A stretch of 64,000 nt of DNA from Pavona decussata (lineage: Eukaryota). The DNA lies in NCBI GenBank assembly GCA_977016875.1, contig CDRNST010000052.1, positions 434,001 to 498,000 on the forward strand, given 5' to 3'. The notes beneath the pieces are model-generated. The model was given only the letters and a program-made list of their open reading frames with translations, searched no databases and was not told the DNA's origin. This document shows, piece after piece, positions 36,366-50,200 of this stretch (positions are counted from its first letter, which is position 1; each line of letters begins with the position of its first letter). A program made the translations under genes and the position numbers.

Positions 36366-39300
36366 ATGCACCCTTCGGAGACGGACGTAATGAGCAGCGT
36401 GTTCGATCCAACTGTGAAGACCTCCGTGAAAATTTTGCGCGAAACGCCGGTGAAGTACCAGTCGAGCGACCACATAAACAACCTGCAAGAAGAAAAGGAA
36501 AATTTCCTCAAGTTCGGCAAGGTTCCCAGGTTCAAATTCGCTGGATCCGTGGACTGGCTGGGCATCAATAAAAAGAAAACCGAGATTCGATTTGACTTTT
36601 TGCCGGAAGCGCGCTTCATTCTGGAGCGCGTGCGGGATGTGTTTGGCAGTGGGGACGTTTTTTTGGACGCGACATTTGGACAAAGGATCTCGCTCGTTCA
36701 AGCTTCTCAGACGGTCCTGCAATATTTGAAATCGCACGGCTTGGATGGATCGCTCAGCGTTGTTTGGACGAATGATTTGAACGGTAGCGGCAAAATGTTC
36801 TGGCAAGGACCGAGTGTTCGCTACAATCGACCCGAGGCTCGCAAATTCACCTTATGGCTCAAACAAAGCAGTGAAAACGTCTACCTTCGAGAGCATGGAA
36901 TAAAAAGTCTGATGGACCACGAGATTGGAACGCATTTTGTATCCTTTCTTCTAAGCATCGGATCTAATTTGTAGGAAATTAAATCGTCAGTAGGGTATCT
37001 CCTCAAGGTTTTGTAATTTGCATATGCCTGTTACCCGTCGGTGTTGATTAAAACTTTAGTGTTTATGTAATCAAATTAAATTCGGTTTATGCTTCACTGT
37101 TGGTGTCGATTCACTCGACTGAGGCTTTGTTTATAATGCGGTAATATCGTCTGGGCTTCTATGGGCTTGAGATTTTCCCACCAGTCTTACAAAAGTAAAA
37201 TTCCCCGAGCCGGCATATCATGTACTTCAAGGCAAAATTATCGCGGTATTATTTTTGCGGTTACGTAATTGTAAGAATTTTATTAATAATCAGCGTACGT
37301 AAACACAGCTTTTAGCAGCTTTTAGAGTATTACGTCCGTCCTTTTCACTACGTGAATAGAAATTGATTTATAACTGGTAGACCTTTACTATGTTTCGAAT
37401 GAAACGATTATCACTGGAAACCTTTACGATATGAAGCCCGGAATCTTCCAGTATTAAGAAGATTGCGGCAAAATGAATCATATACAATTTTTGCACTTTT
37501 TAATTTTGTTTGTTTTGTTTGCTGTTAGCCTTTCGAATGATATAATCTCAGCAAAACTGAGAGTCAAATCTCAGACTTCCTTCCCCGATTTTTTTTTCTT
37601 TTTTTGCAACCCTTGCGTGACTCACGCCCTCGATGGTACAAGCATTCCTTTTCGAGGCATTCCGGATTGCAAACAAGAAAATAAAATTGCGAGCGAAAGA
37701 AAGGAAAGGCCGGATCCGAACGCCTGGAACAGAAGAATGAAACTGCGTTTAGCGCGCATACCAATGCGTTTTGTTCTTTAAAATTTATAATGCTTTTCAG
37801 CTTCCTTGCTGACACCATCAATCCCTTATTAGACCCAAGAGAGGACCCCTTGATACTCTCTTGTTAGGCTCTTACAGATCGCTACTATCCACATTTTTGC
37901 CTCCAACAAAAGCTCATGCAGGCAGTTTCTCAGTTATCGCGGGACCAAAATTTGTTTAACTGAAGCCCGGACGTGACTGGTTTATGGTAATTTATTTATG
38001 CGGGTTTTTTAGTGGCACAGAGGTCACACTATTAAAAAAACGAAGAAAAATCTTCATCGTTTCTTTGAACAACAAAATGGACGCAATGCAAAGCAAAGAC
38101 CATAAAGTTTTCTTTCAAAAAACGAGAACTCGTGGCTGGTGGTGTGGACGGACGGAAACGAAACTAGGAAAAATGAAAAGGAGAGATTTTAAATTTTGGA
38201 AACGCGTTCATGATTATTACATAACTCACATAGCTCTCAAATCATATAGTTTATCCCAATTCCCTTAGATCGCCAAGTGTTGCTGGAATAGTTTCCCAAT
38301 AAGCTGGTGAGAAAGGCCTACTGCATGCTGGTAATCAATAGGATTCGAGCGATTGTTTTATTATTTGCCTTAACTTGTCATTTCCAATCCTAGCTTCGCG
38401 CCACTAACGATGGCTTACAGCCGTGGTATTCAAACAGGAAAAAGTTCGATCTGCGTCCCTTTAAGTCTTACACTGGCATGGTGAATGAAGAAGGGTTGGC
38501 GGCTATTAATACTATTTACCAAGCGCAAGTTAAGATGCTGTTTCTACCCGCTTTGCTCTACTGTAAGTATTTTTAAAATGCACGTTCTAAATATAGGAGA
38601 GTTGTTGACAGTTATGACATTTTTTTTAATTACCGCCTTATCTTACAGACACTGCATGTATGTCGACTGAAATGTCCTTTAAGGAACTTTTCGAGCACCT
38701 GGCCATGTACATTTATGATCCAGAACAGCGCTGGAAGCAGGTGGTACGAGCCAAGCGCTGTCTGCCAGACTGTAGTGAAGTAGGAGGCTGTGGATATGAC
38801 CAGTGCTACTTTGAAGGTGGGTCTGAGGTTTGGGCGTTTTAACCAATCACAGGCGCAAATAAGTATGCAATATGCCAATCAGAGTTCGACCCTGAAAAAG
38901 GCGATGTATTGAATCTGCACAAAGCAGGGAAGTGCCCTTAGGCTACAAGGGGTTTTGCATTCTTATTGGCTACACGGTTTTCTAACAAATTAAAGGCGCG
39001 TTTTTTGGGACTACTTAGAATTCTTGTCCTTTTGGGGCCTACGCTGTCTTCGGAATGAACAGGAATAGTATTCCGTTCATTCTGCCCCCGTTAATTGACA
39101 AAACGAACGAAAGACGATTTCCTCAGATCACAATAATAGGAACTGTGTTCTTCTGGAAAGGTTTTCCGGTTGACTTCCTTCAATTTCTTTACGTGAAAAT
39201 TGCTTACGTTTGCGTTTGCCTAACGTGAAAAAAAGTTCGATCGATTATTTATTTTTAGTTAGGTTCAGTTTGAGACGAAATTAATCTACCATTTATCAGT

Positions 39301-39775
39301 TCTAAGAGCAATTTGAAGAAATTAATTTTTTTTCCCTGTAGGAGCTGTCATGATTCTACGCCAAGTGAACGAAATCGACTTCAAGCTGTTGTACGCGGGC
39401 AAAATATGCTGCGATGAACTTCAAAGAATCAAGCGCATCGCTCGACAAGACTGCGTCAAGTTACCTCACTTCTTAAAAGATATCGTAACTTATAAGAAAA
39501 CACTCAACGAAATTGCTCTGACAAATGGACTGATACAGAAAATCAATAGACCGCTATCCTGTCGAAATGCGTCTCGGCCAAAAGCCAGGAAAAAGAAGAA
39601 TCGGGTGTCACCGCAAGAACGCGTCCCGTCAAGAGCTCTAAGTTGTCCTTCGAGGACACGTTGTGGTCTTCAGTGCAGCACCACTGCACGTCCGCCTAGG
39701 ATTCTTTCTCGACGATCTAGCACTTACAGACGTCTTTGTACAAGTGTAGCTTCCTTCGCTCCCTTGCCATCTTAG
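36366..39775 (+). CDS. MATCAP/KIAA0895-family (DUF1704) microtubule-associated tyrosine carboxypeptidase-like metallopeptidase; exons 36366-36938, 38394-38562, 38649-38816, 39342-39775
   Basis: LREHGIKSLMDHEIGTHF-LRATNDGLQPW (HExxxH), EEGLA, MSFKELFEHL...RWKQVVRAKR...DQCYFEGA...IDFKLLYAGK; 447 aa; paralogue (MATCAP1 vs 2) cannot be assigned; start could be 36390. Confidence 0.9.
36939..38393 (+). other. U12-type (minor spliceosome) GT-AG intron
   Basis: 5' splice site GTATCCTTT; branch site TGCCTTAAC at 38366-38374, ~20 nt from TAG; weak polypyrimidine tract; splicing restores HEIGTHF-LR. Confidence 0.9.
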
Positions 39776-40567
39776 CCAGAGCAAAAAGGAAGCGTGCACT
39801 TTGCGTGTGGAGTTTGTTTGGTACAGTTGCGTGTGCGTGTGTTGAAGGTGTTGGTACCGTGCAAGATGAAGAGAAAGAGAACGTTATAAAGACAAAAAAA
39901 AACAGAGTTGATTGGATTCGAAAAGATTTATAGTTTACCACAGGAAGAGTCGTTTGGCCTGGTATTAAATCGATTTTGGATCGTGTCAACTTGTGTTAAT
40001 TTTGCCGAAACTGAAAAGAGCCGAAAGTTATTATACTATTTAAATCACAAGGAATACGTTTTCAAGCGAAAAGAGGACGAACTTTTGAGAACACGAAAAA
40101 TTATTATTAAAATACAGGGCAAAATGAGGAGTCTGTATTTACTTTTATAAAAAACTTGTAATCAGATCGGATGTCACACACTCCCCGTTAAACTATTAAA
40201 TTTGAAATGGGACATAAGGAGCTATAAGGATGAAGTGGACACTGAAGCCTTATATCAGGCCAAGGGAGGATCCTCTTTCGATCAGGCAAAATATTTTTAA
40301 CGTTCTCAGTCTTAAAAACTGAGGGATGTAGTTGAGGTAGAAAAACTCATCGTGTTCCTAATTCTTCCATGCATATGTGCACTGATTCTTTGAAAAACCT
40401 TGTCAATCACGCGGCAAAAAATTTATGAAAATTGCACACGTGGTTACTCACTTTTGTTGCAAGTGGGACGTCTGCTCTCGAACGCTCGACTGCTTCTCAA
40501 CATGAAACGAAATACCTCGGCCCTACTGGCCTCGGTTTTGCTCTAAAAAAAAGTAGGGAGGGGGTCC

Positions 40568-40635
40568 CAACCTCGTTCCCAGGGCTTTTTCCACCCCACC
40601 CCCAAGCCAGGGAAAAGGCCCTGGGAACGAGGTTG
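40568..40635. mobile_element. CAACCTCGTTCCCAGGGC hairpin MITE
   Basis: 18-bp perfect inverted termini. Confidence 0.75.
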
Positions 40636-41319
40636 AGTGGTCCGGGCCCCCCACGGATTTTAAAGCGAAAAACTCAATTTAGCTTGTACCCAAGCGCATC
40701 CGTCAGTGCAGGAAGTGAGTACCAGCCACATTTTCTGTCCCAGGTTCCAAAGTAGCTCTTCCGTCATGCCATTTATTTTTACCCTTCTTTTTTCCCACCC
40801 CTCCCCCGCTCACCTACCTACCCCCTAGGTAGTAGATAGAAGATAGTAGATAGAATACTGGTATTGGTTTCAATGACATGCGCAAACGTTGCACCAAATG
40901 GCCTCTCAACAGGAGAATACTCGACTCTAATCGTGTCAAACACGCGTGGCCTTTGCGCGAGTGCTCCATGAAAATGGCACAGTAAATTTCCTCATTACGT
41001 CGGCATGACTGGAGTACAGTGTACTGCATTACAGCAAGGACCATATAGGTTCCTAATGCAGCCGTATTAGATGAGTGGTGGTGGAAAACATTTGGCGTAC
41101 CGGGTAAACAACTGATTCACCGGTGCATATAGTTATCTGCTGATCAAGGCTGAGCTGAGGGGGACTCGTATCACACAGCATCATACACTCGACAAGGAAA
41201 ATTTGAACAGCCTGTGGTCGTATAAGAGAAATATATAAAGTGAAGCAAGTTTCTTGGCTAATAGTCACGTCAGATAAGAGACTAAAAAGTAAGTGTTATG
41301 TTGAGATGCCAGCCAACTA

Positions 41320-41462
41320 TAGGCTGCGTAGAAGACGTAATTTGGGAGGGGGAGGGAGAGCGAGAAAAAAAAGAGGGTGGGGGGGGGGGTGCTATTTTCT
41401 GTCACTTTTTCTTTCCGGCTCTCCTAGCTCCCCCTCACCGATTACGCCCGCTCCGCAGGCTA
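41320..41462. mobile_element. TAG...GGCTA MITE
   Basis: Imperfect termini flanked by perfect direct repeat GCCAACTA. Confidence 0.7.
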
Positions 41463-42270
41463 GCCAACTAAGCAGGTCGTTTCTTCTCCAATTGGCCATC
41501 AACAACTGTAAATTATTCAGATCGTACATTGAGGTCCGGCCCGGGTATGTTCTGAATGCACTTTTCAAACTTAACATATTGCCTTATGCGCCGATCAAAT
41601 CGAACCTTTAACATTTCCCCTACCCACACTATGGTCGCGTTCAAGGGGTGGGGGGGGGGGGGGGGATGTTGTTTTGTGAGAATTGGCCCACCAGAAATGG
41701 GCTCCGAAAACTTTGCCGTGTTTTCGAAGGCGTGTCTGGAAAATTTATTTGAATGTAAATGAACCAGTTTCCAACAATCCTAATAGCGGACATTTGTTTT
41801 TGAGGAAGGGCATTTGATCGTCAGATAATTCGGCGCTGGGATATCGGATGGGGCATTTGAACGACTGTTTGGTCCCACAGGACTGGAATTTGTACAAGCC
41901 AAATTTTCAAAAGTTCAAGGGATTCTTTATGAAGAAGTCCCGAAGCAAGTAAAAATATTTCGGCTACTAGACATATAGACAATCACGAACTATGGAACTG
42001 AAAGAAGGTGATGTATAATTACCATGCTACATCAATATGATCATGCCATAGTTGGCAGTAGTCCCACTGACTATGAGCATACTAAAGTAGGTCAAAGTAG
42101 GCCCCAACCCCCACCCCACTCCCCAATAATTAAAACTCTAGAGCGTGTTGTTTTGGGGCATGAAAGAAAGACAGAAAGCAACGCCCAAACGACTGGCCGT
42201 GCTCGGACTGGGCCGAGTTTAAGGCTCGCCCATTTGTCAGCGGTGTTCGCCAAAAGAGTTAAAATCCAAG

Positions 42271-45200
42271 ATGGGCGCTAAAGTTTCTCGAGCAACTCGG
42301 TTGATGAAAAAGCCCCTTGAAACACGGCGCAGAGTGGATAAACTACTGGAAAATAAACCCAGACCAGCACCAAGACACCCTACCTCGCAGTCTGCATTAA
42401 ATGAAGAACGAAAACGTAAGTATCCGCTTGGTTTTGCCACTACAGCAAAGCACATGCGGGATCGGATGATTATGTAAGCTTTGATATTAATGCTGGTATA
42501 CTGGTATTGGGGCTTTATAGGGTAATCGTCAATTTTTTTTAATATTTTCAGGTAATGAACAGCTTTTTAAAGAACGTGACAGAAAAGACGATGATTTTTT
42601 GGGTCGGCTGAAAGATTTCAAAATTGAATCATTGGACCCACAAGAATCAAAGGTAGTTACTAACTATTAAAAGATGACAATTGGTGTATAATCTGTACCA
42701 TGGGATATTCCATTTTTTATCCGCACCCCCCTCCCCCCCAAGGATAGCAAGTTTGTGCTGAGTTTTTGGAAGCTTTGGATTAATTTTTTCAAAGATACGC
42801 CAAAATCACCCCTCCCCCCCTCTCCTTAGAGGGTGCCATCCATTGCGGGGAGAGTGGGGAGGTGGATAAAAAAATGGAATGTGCCCATTTGTACAAAACT
42901 TGGAGGGCTGACAGTTTTATTTGTGAGAGCATCTGTTAAAATTCTATTAGGTTTTAGTGTAAGAATTTTCTTTAACAGAGCTGAGGGTTGATGGTCCAGT
43001 GGCCAAAGCCATAATATAATTTTTGGAGTTGTTTGTATCTCCCAGGTGACAAACTGTTCCTGGTATCAATTTGAAGATCAATTTAAAGCTTAGAGTTCCC
43101 TTTTCTGAATCTGCTTATTACCAACTGGATAAAGTGTTCAAAGGCCTTGGTAGACTTCCCTAAAGCATCCACACTCCTTTACGCTAAAAATTTGGATAAA
43201 TGTTTGCTACCTGGAGAGGGGTCTTATTACAAAATCTGATATTAGGCAATCCATATTAAGGGCACAAGGACTAATATTGTTTTGAAACTGTGGGGGATAT
43301 TATAGAGAAGTAGTATTTTAGCTTAATGCATCCTAGGCTAAAGAGGAAACTATGGTAAATTCCCTCTTGAAAATTAAAATTTTGGCCTCTTTCCAGTGGA
43401 CATAGAGCAACCAAAATGAAAAATTGCCCCTCCTAGACAGTTATCACAGAAACAAATGAGAACTTAACTGAGCAGTGGCCCTGTTGCATAAAGCACATTT
43501 ACCACCTTAAGGGTCTACTCATGCGTGGGATATGACTAAGAAAATGCTCCAATACTTTACCACAAGTTGGTTTTGTATTATAAGTAAAAAAGCATTAAGG
43601 GGGAGTTGCACCTGAACGCCATTTTTCCACCACTTGACATGGCTTTAATGAGAATCTCATTCGTGTTTCAAGGAATTTTTGGGTGATTTTTGGGTATATT
43701 TGGGAGGAGTAGTTTTTCTAGAAGGATTGGTAAAATTAAGAGAAATAAGAAATATTGAAGAATTATGTGAAGTTTTAAAATTGGAATTTGTAGTTAATAA
43801 TTAATAGACGGATACCAGTTAGTCCACTAGCAACCTGGGGTGCTGTTGCGTGAGTATCAACTGTCTGTTAGTGTTCCAAAAATTATTTTCTTTCTTCTAT
43901 CCCTTCTTAAAACCTCTTCAAATTTCATTCAAATTTAGGTGTAACACCCCCTTAAAATCTAATGCATATTAATACATATTAAGCATTTTTCTTACGTGTA
44001 AGTACTATAAAGAACATGGTAAAGTTAATTTTCACCAGAACTTTTGACAATAGGAAATTTTGTAGATCAAGTTTTTCACCTAAAAAAATTAAAACCAACT
44101 GAAAGTATCATGAAGACTTACGAGACCTCTGGAAGTCCCATAACTTTGTACGTGATATTTATGATTGAGAACATCCATAATTTCTATTGGTGCATTTCTT
44201 AGTGGTCTGTTTATGCAACATCACAAATTTATGTAGTGTTTGAAAAACGAGCAGGAGTGTACTGTTTTATCGGGTTTAAAACCATGAGGCGCAGCTGAGA
44301 CCCGATAAAACACGTGCTTCGAGTTTTTTTAACGGTGTCAAAAACATTCCTGGAAAAGCGTTTGTCAAGAGAGTTCATAACAATGATGCTTTTGTGAGCA
44401 TTGGAAATTAGCATATGAGAAAATAAGTAAGTGTCTGTATTAAGAGGTTCTGCTGGGACATCAAACCTGGGTCGTATGCCGCAATAAGGCAGACTGCTCT
44501 CAGTTTGGCAATCATGCTGGGAGTGGTTTCCCTCAGCTGTGCAATATAATGTCGTCACTTGAAATGTTTGAAATGTTTCTCTGACATTTAAAATGATATT
44601 TTGCTAATAATAATAACAATAATAATAATAATAATAATAATAATGATCTTTATTTGTGCTTTTTTTTAATGTACATAGTTGATTCTTACAATCTTGTAGT
44701 GGTAATATATAGAATTAAATTAATTATAAGTTAAAATAATGTGCAAGCAAGGAAGCTATATAGAAGTGAGAGTTATATATGCATTTTTACAATAACTGTC
44801 CAAATTCCCGCGCGCTGATTGGCTCGTAGCTATTGTCTATAAGAGTACAGACGATAAAATGACGTCAGATGTAACGCGGCGCGCTTTCTCAACGGAAAAA
44901 AATAGCCAATTCTCGTAAGTGACCGCCTAGCACTGGACATTTTGGGTAGTCACTTGGGATATTGCGGTCTATGCGGTCGTGATTTCCAGTCCCACGTTGT
45001 TGAACGTGTTTAATTAACCAATCAACACACATTACACCACTTTTCAGCCAATCACAGGAAGCGGAGAATCCAAAAGGAAATTACCGGAGTCACGTACGCC
45101 ACGATATCCCAGGGAAATCGGAGAACCTGCGAAGGGGAAAATAACCCCCGTGCAATTATCAGAACTGTTTGCGAGGAGATTACAGGATCCTGACAAGTGG

Positions 45201-45338
45201 ACAGATGAAAAACTCGCTGAACATTATCACCTCGACAAGGAAGCTCTGAGTTCCGTCTTAAAACACTTTAGTGATTTTGCAATTGTGAAGAAGTTAGACT
45301 ATCCGAGGCCGCAGGACGATGTGAGCTTTATCAAATGA
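42271..45338 (+). CDS. NDUFAF4: NADH:ubiquinone oxidoreductase complex assembly factor 4; exons 42271-42415, 42552-42652, 45048-45338
   Basis: MGAKVSR (Gly2), KPRPAPRHPTS, RKDDDFLGRLKDFKIESLDP, KGKIT...DPDKWTDEKLAEHYHLDKEALSSVLKHFSDF; 178 aa. Confidence 0.9.
43599..43951. mobile_element. TTAA-flanked MITE (Kolobok-like)
   Basis: TTAA|GGGGGAGTTGCACCTGAA ... TTAGGTGTAACACCCCC|TTAA. Confidence 0.6.
44607..44644. repeat. (AAT)n microsatellite
   Basis: ~12 AAT units with one AAC. Confidence 0.9.
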
Positions 45339-46169
45339 TATTTTTTTTTACGGTGAGCAAGACACGTTGTTGCGTGATATGATACAAAAATACGAGAAGT
45401 AAATAACGGAGCGTTATGGAGCTACTTGTTTGCTTTCTTCATGCTACAGTCAGTGAACGAGTGTTGGACGTGGTTGCGGTAAATACAACATGATGTCTCA
45501 TTACCAGAAAAGAAATCAAGCTACACGTGACACTGGATTGGACTGCGTTTCTTTGACGATTTGAGTGACGTTTCGTGGTTGTTATGGTTACGGTGAAATA
45601 CTGAATACGGTTTGATCATATTGTTCGTTGGCAAAATGAGTAAAATATACCTTTTAAATGATTTGTCAGCAGTGTTATAACTGTATTCAGTTCACGATGG
45701 ATGAAAGTGATGGCTTGCAGGCTACATCTGCAAGCTTCTTGGTTGGGTTTTGCAAACCGAACCTCTTGGCGGCAGTGCCTCCATTAACGTCACCGTGGGG
45801 GGGGGGGGGGGGGGGGGAGTCACCATGAAAGGATACTCCCATCGCTTGCGTTCTGATAACCTCGCCGCCAAGACTGAGATTCTCCCCAACCACCTAATAC
45901 TGCTCGAATGATGGATGTTCAGTTGCCATCCAGGAAAATAAGGCTCGATATCGCATCACAAGAAAATAAATGAAAGGCATCATCGAATGTATTTTTCTGG
46001 AATTCCTATAAGAAAACTACCTACTGACATTCCGTCTCTTTGGATATAACTGGATAGATGCTTTATTAAAACTAAGTTGCAACCCGAGGGTTGAATTATA
46101 TAGTATTTTACAATAAAAGTTAATTGTAAATTCAATTAAATTTGGCCGATTTGCTTGCGTTCCGCTTAA

Positions 46170-46693
46170 AGTGCCCATAACCAATTTTTTTTACTTTCTC
46201 ATCTGAATCTTAGCATTTTCTCAAAGACATTTCGCGATTAAAAAAAATTTGCGGCTTGCCGAAAATGCGATTTTTAAAGTGAAGTTAGAAAACGTTCAAA
46301 TTTGCCGCCATTTTGGTTCACCACTTTTAAGATTAAGAAACATGTGACTTCATTTCCATCTCAGCTGTTTAATTACTCACTTTCTGTGTCAGACAAGCTC
46401 TCTTCAGCCGATCACATTGCAGATATAACACGAAGACCGACAACAAGATACCAACACTAACTATTTTCCTTTCACTTCGTTTGCAACACTCTAGCGCTGG
46501 TTCCTGAATCTACGTCACGTGACGTCCGTCGGCCTTCCTAGACAGTGGCACACGTAGACCGCAAAAATTCAGTATTTTAAAAAAATTGTTAAAAAAATAG
46601 CGTTTTCTGCAAATCGAAACATTTTTTCGTTTAAGTTCTTTGGGTTTTGTGAAGATTCAGGTGAGGAAATAAAAATAATAATGCACGTGCACT
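46170..46693. mobile_element. TTAA-flanked MITE (Kolobok-like)
   Basis: TTAA|AGTGC...GCACT|TTAA with further imperfect complementarity (CATCTGAATCTT/AAGATTCAGGTG). Confidence 0.65.
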
Positions 46694-46912
46694 TTAAGTT
46701 TGAATTGTAGAAATTAGTGCATTCATGGTAGTGCTGAATTCCGAGAAGTTGTATCTAGAACTTTTGCTTTGCTTTCTTTGTTTTGCCTTTCACTTCTTTT
46801 ACTGTACCCATGTCCAAAATTGCAAGAAAATCTCTTCTCTGTCCTTGTTTTTTATCCTTTTGTATTCAGCAGGGTTTTTCTATGCGACATGAATCAGTGA
46901 ATGGCCTTTTAA

Positions 46913-47287
46913 GGGCCTCTTCATATGAGCTCGGCCGACCGGGCTGGCTCGGTTTCCGAGATCTCGCCTCGCCACTCTTTCCTTTACAAAAATTTCGATG
47001 TGTTCATATGAGAAGGCGGGCTGGCCCGGTTACCGAGATCTCGGTAACCGAGCTGGAAATTTTTCCCGTATGAACACTCCAGCCCGGATACTGAGACTGT
47101 CCGAGACGAAACATTTTCAACTGCGCATGGCTTGTAAGGTCGCTGACAAGTCGGAACGCGGTTCCAGGGGGTATTTTAGGGGCATTTTTATCTCGATAAC
47201 CGGGATTAAATTTCCCATATGAACAGAAGACAAAATTCGTCCCGCCTACCGGGCCAGCTCGGTTACCGGGCTCATATGAACAGGCCC
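46913..47287. mobile_element. PIF/Harbinger (Tourist-like) MITE
   Basis: TAA|GGGCCTCTTCATATGAGC ... GCTCATATGAACAGGCCC|TAA; internal CGGTAACCGAG/CCGAGATCTCGG palindromes. Confidence 0.85.
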
Positions 47288-50200
47288 TAAACCAGTAAAC
47301 CGGCATTGATAAGGAAATATAGCTGCAGACGCCTGTATTTTCTGGTCAAGACTCACAAGAAACATGTTTAGACAACGAATTTGTGTTTTGGAAGTAACAA
47401 AATGTTTTTGAATCAAATTACAAAAATTCTTGTTTTCACTAACGCCACTTTTGCTTCCTAAACAAGTATAGCCACTGAGAAGAAAATGTTGTTTTCATAT
47501 GAATGTTTTCTTGTTTTGCTGGGCCCTAAGCACATCCACCAAAGTTCGGCAAGTTTGCTGTTATTTTTGCAAACTGAGTACCGTGTGAACCAATGAGTAG
47601 GAAAACAACTTAAAAGATAACTGCATAACTGTCCGGTTAAGCGCCTTAACTCGTTACTATGCCGTTGAACTGAAAACATGTATACAATGAATCAAGATTT
47701 ATATGTGAACCATCACCAATGCTTCCAACATGAGGCAAAAATCACGTTTCCGGATAATCTGTTTCGTGTACGTGAAGAAATTCTTCCCCAGTAATTTCAA
47801 ACATCTCGCCGTGCGTTTTCGGGTTTTGTCAAGTCTCAACGTGCAGTCACGTTCATTTCATGTTACTCAGAACTCACTGTCTTTTTTGTTTGTTTGGTTT
47901 TTTTTTTTGTATTTTTAGCCATTAAATTAAAAAAAAAAAAAAAGAAAATGAACTGAACTGCAATCGTAGAGATGTGATCATGATGCTGACAATCGATTTG
48001 TAAAAAAAATTAATGACATTTTTGATTTGATATTAGGATCGCTAGCGAAAATGAACGATATCGTGAACATACGACCGTTTTGGCTACAAGTTATATTCCC
48101 TTTGTATATAGTTCGAGGTCTAAATATTAAAAGAGCGAAAAAATCACGCTTTATAGCGATGAACATGTCATTTTCACAAGGTTACTGCCGCTTCCAAAAG
48201 GAGAAGAAAAGGAAAAAAACAAAAGGTTTTGTGAGAGACGCAAACCATTCAGTTTTTGAGTGTGTTTTTTATATGCATAGACAACTCTCTCAGTAACAGA
48301 TTTCTTAAGACACCTCGATGTTGGTCCCTGCGCAGCTGATTCACTCTTTTTTTTTTATTCCTACTGCAGAAGGAACTCTCTTCGATTCAAGATGTAGACC
48401 TCTCTAAAACGGAAAGATTGTACTCGTCCCTACTCGATACGGTGCCCATCTTTAACAGGGGAAGTTGAATGTTGCATTTTTGTCAAAAATATGACTCACC
48501 CCGATGATCATAATCAACATACTTATCTCTTATTTGTTGTTTACTCACTCGACATCAAGCTGCTCGTACGTGAGGAAATTAGTCTCAAACTATTTGAAGC
48601 ATTTTGTTTTGTTCAGAGGAGGAAATTTTTTCTACATGTGACACTTCGATCATTTTTAGCAGCAGCACCGATGTCATGTGGGTTTATCTTTAACTGAATA
48701 TTTTGCAAATGAAGGTTCAGCAGATTGCGGCTGACCCTGTCTACAATGATAGTGGAGACTTAGAGACATTAATTATCGATTAAAGTTTAATCGGATATTG
48801 CTGGTGAAGTGCTGTTAGCTTATTTTATCATTACACTGAGAGCGCGATCTTCCCCGTCCCCCCAAATTCACCCTCCCTCTGCCCCTATTGCTGGCTGTAC
48901 CCCTGGGATTACGAGTTTAACTCCACGCGATCTCCGCATAGTAGAGAACTTGACCGACGTGGCCACGCGAATTGTCTGGCATTTGACTTTTTTGTGCGGG
49001 TATAGTTTGCTGAGGTATTTCAGCGTCTAGTAAGGAGGGAATGTTTGATCGTCGTGCTATTTGCCCCAAATTGGGGGAATTTGACCAAGATTTTTCAAAA
49101 AAGTCGAAGTCCGGAGCGGAGAGAGCCGGGGAAGGGGGGTGACAGGGGATCGTGCAGCAACAGGCTTAGCTGGCGGACATGGAAATGTTGCTAGAGGCCT
49201 AGAGACACACTTGATCGTGGCGGTCATTTTCACTAAATCACGGCTTCGTATCAGAATGTATATTATTTTCTGCTTGGGCAAAACAAAGGGTCAGGAATAA
49301 CCCAAAAGTTTTAAGTTTTTGCGAGTCTTGTTTTTGTCATGTATTGGCTTATTGATTAGAGGAATTTCGCTAAGATCTGAATTTGTCCAAGTTATGTAAC
49401 ACGGATATTGTTAATTAGTTTGAGTGGTTCCAGCGATCTGGACGGGAAGACTTCCTGTCTGGTGACTCTCCCGGCGAAGGTCGAGATATCAGTACAGATA
49501 AAAATAATTGGGGACGTGCAGCAATGTAGTGCAATTCAGTCTTGATCTTGAAACTAATGAGATATAAAAACCACAAGCACAAAATCGGCTTCTGTTTGTG
49601 TTGAAAGTCAATTGTGAGAGAGTATGACTTTTAATTTGCTTTCTTATGATACTACGGTCTCAGTAAAGCACACGACCCCATTTTTGTAATACCGGGTATT
49701 GTGTACTCAAACACCTTTCGATTATTGTCCACCAAACTTTTCTAAAGCGTTTGCAAACACAGCCCCGATTCCACCCTGAACGGTAACGGATGCATATCGC
49801 GAATTCTGCGAAGGCTTTGACGGTACTATGCGTCATAATGATACAAAGTCGTGTTGTCCAATCGGTAGGAAGTATTTCTTACTCATCTCGTTCTAATTCT
49901 GGGAGGAATATGCCGTTTCATCGTCTTAAGGTCTTAAAAGGGATATTTGAACAAGCCAGATTAGCTGGATGTGTGACTCACCGATAAGATTCTTCCCCCC
50001 ACTCCTCGACAGTTATTTTTTCTGAAAATTACAGGTGGCCTTACAGTGCACCCCAAATGGCTTCTTCTTTTTTCTTCTTTGTTCAAAAATGTTTGCGTGT
50101 CACGAAAATTTGTAACCTTGGGGTCCCTTATTTGGTCACTTGCTAAAATTTGTTTGATTTCGCGTTTTTCGCGGTAATGATTTACCACTGAAGCGAAAAG

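Noticed and set aside
36263-36806. Minus-strand ORFs of 118 and 161 aa
   Set aside because: Antisense shadows of the GC-richer MATCAP-like exon 1.
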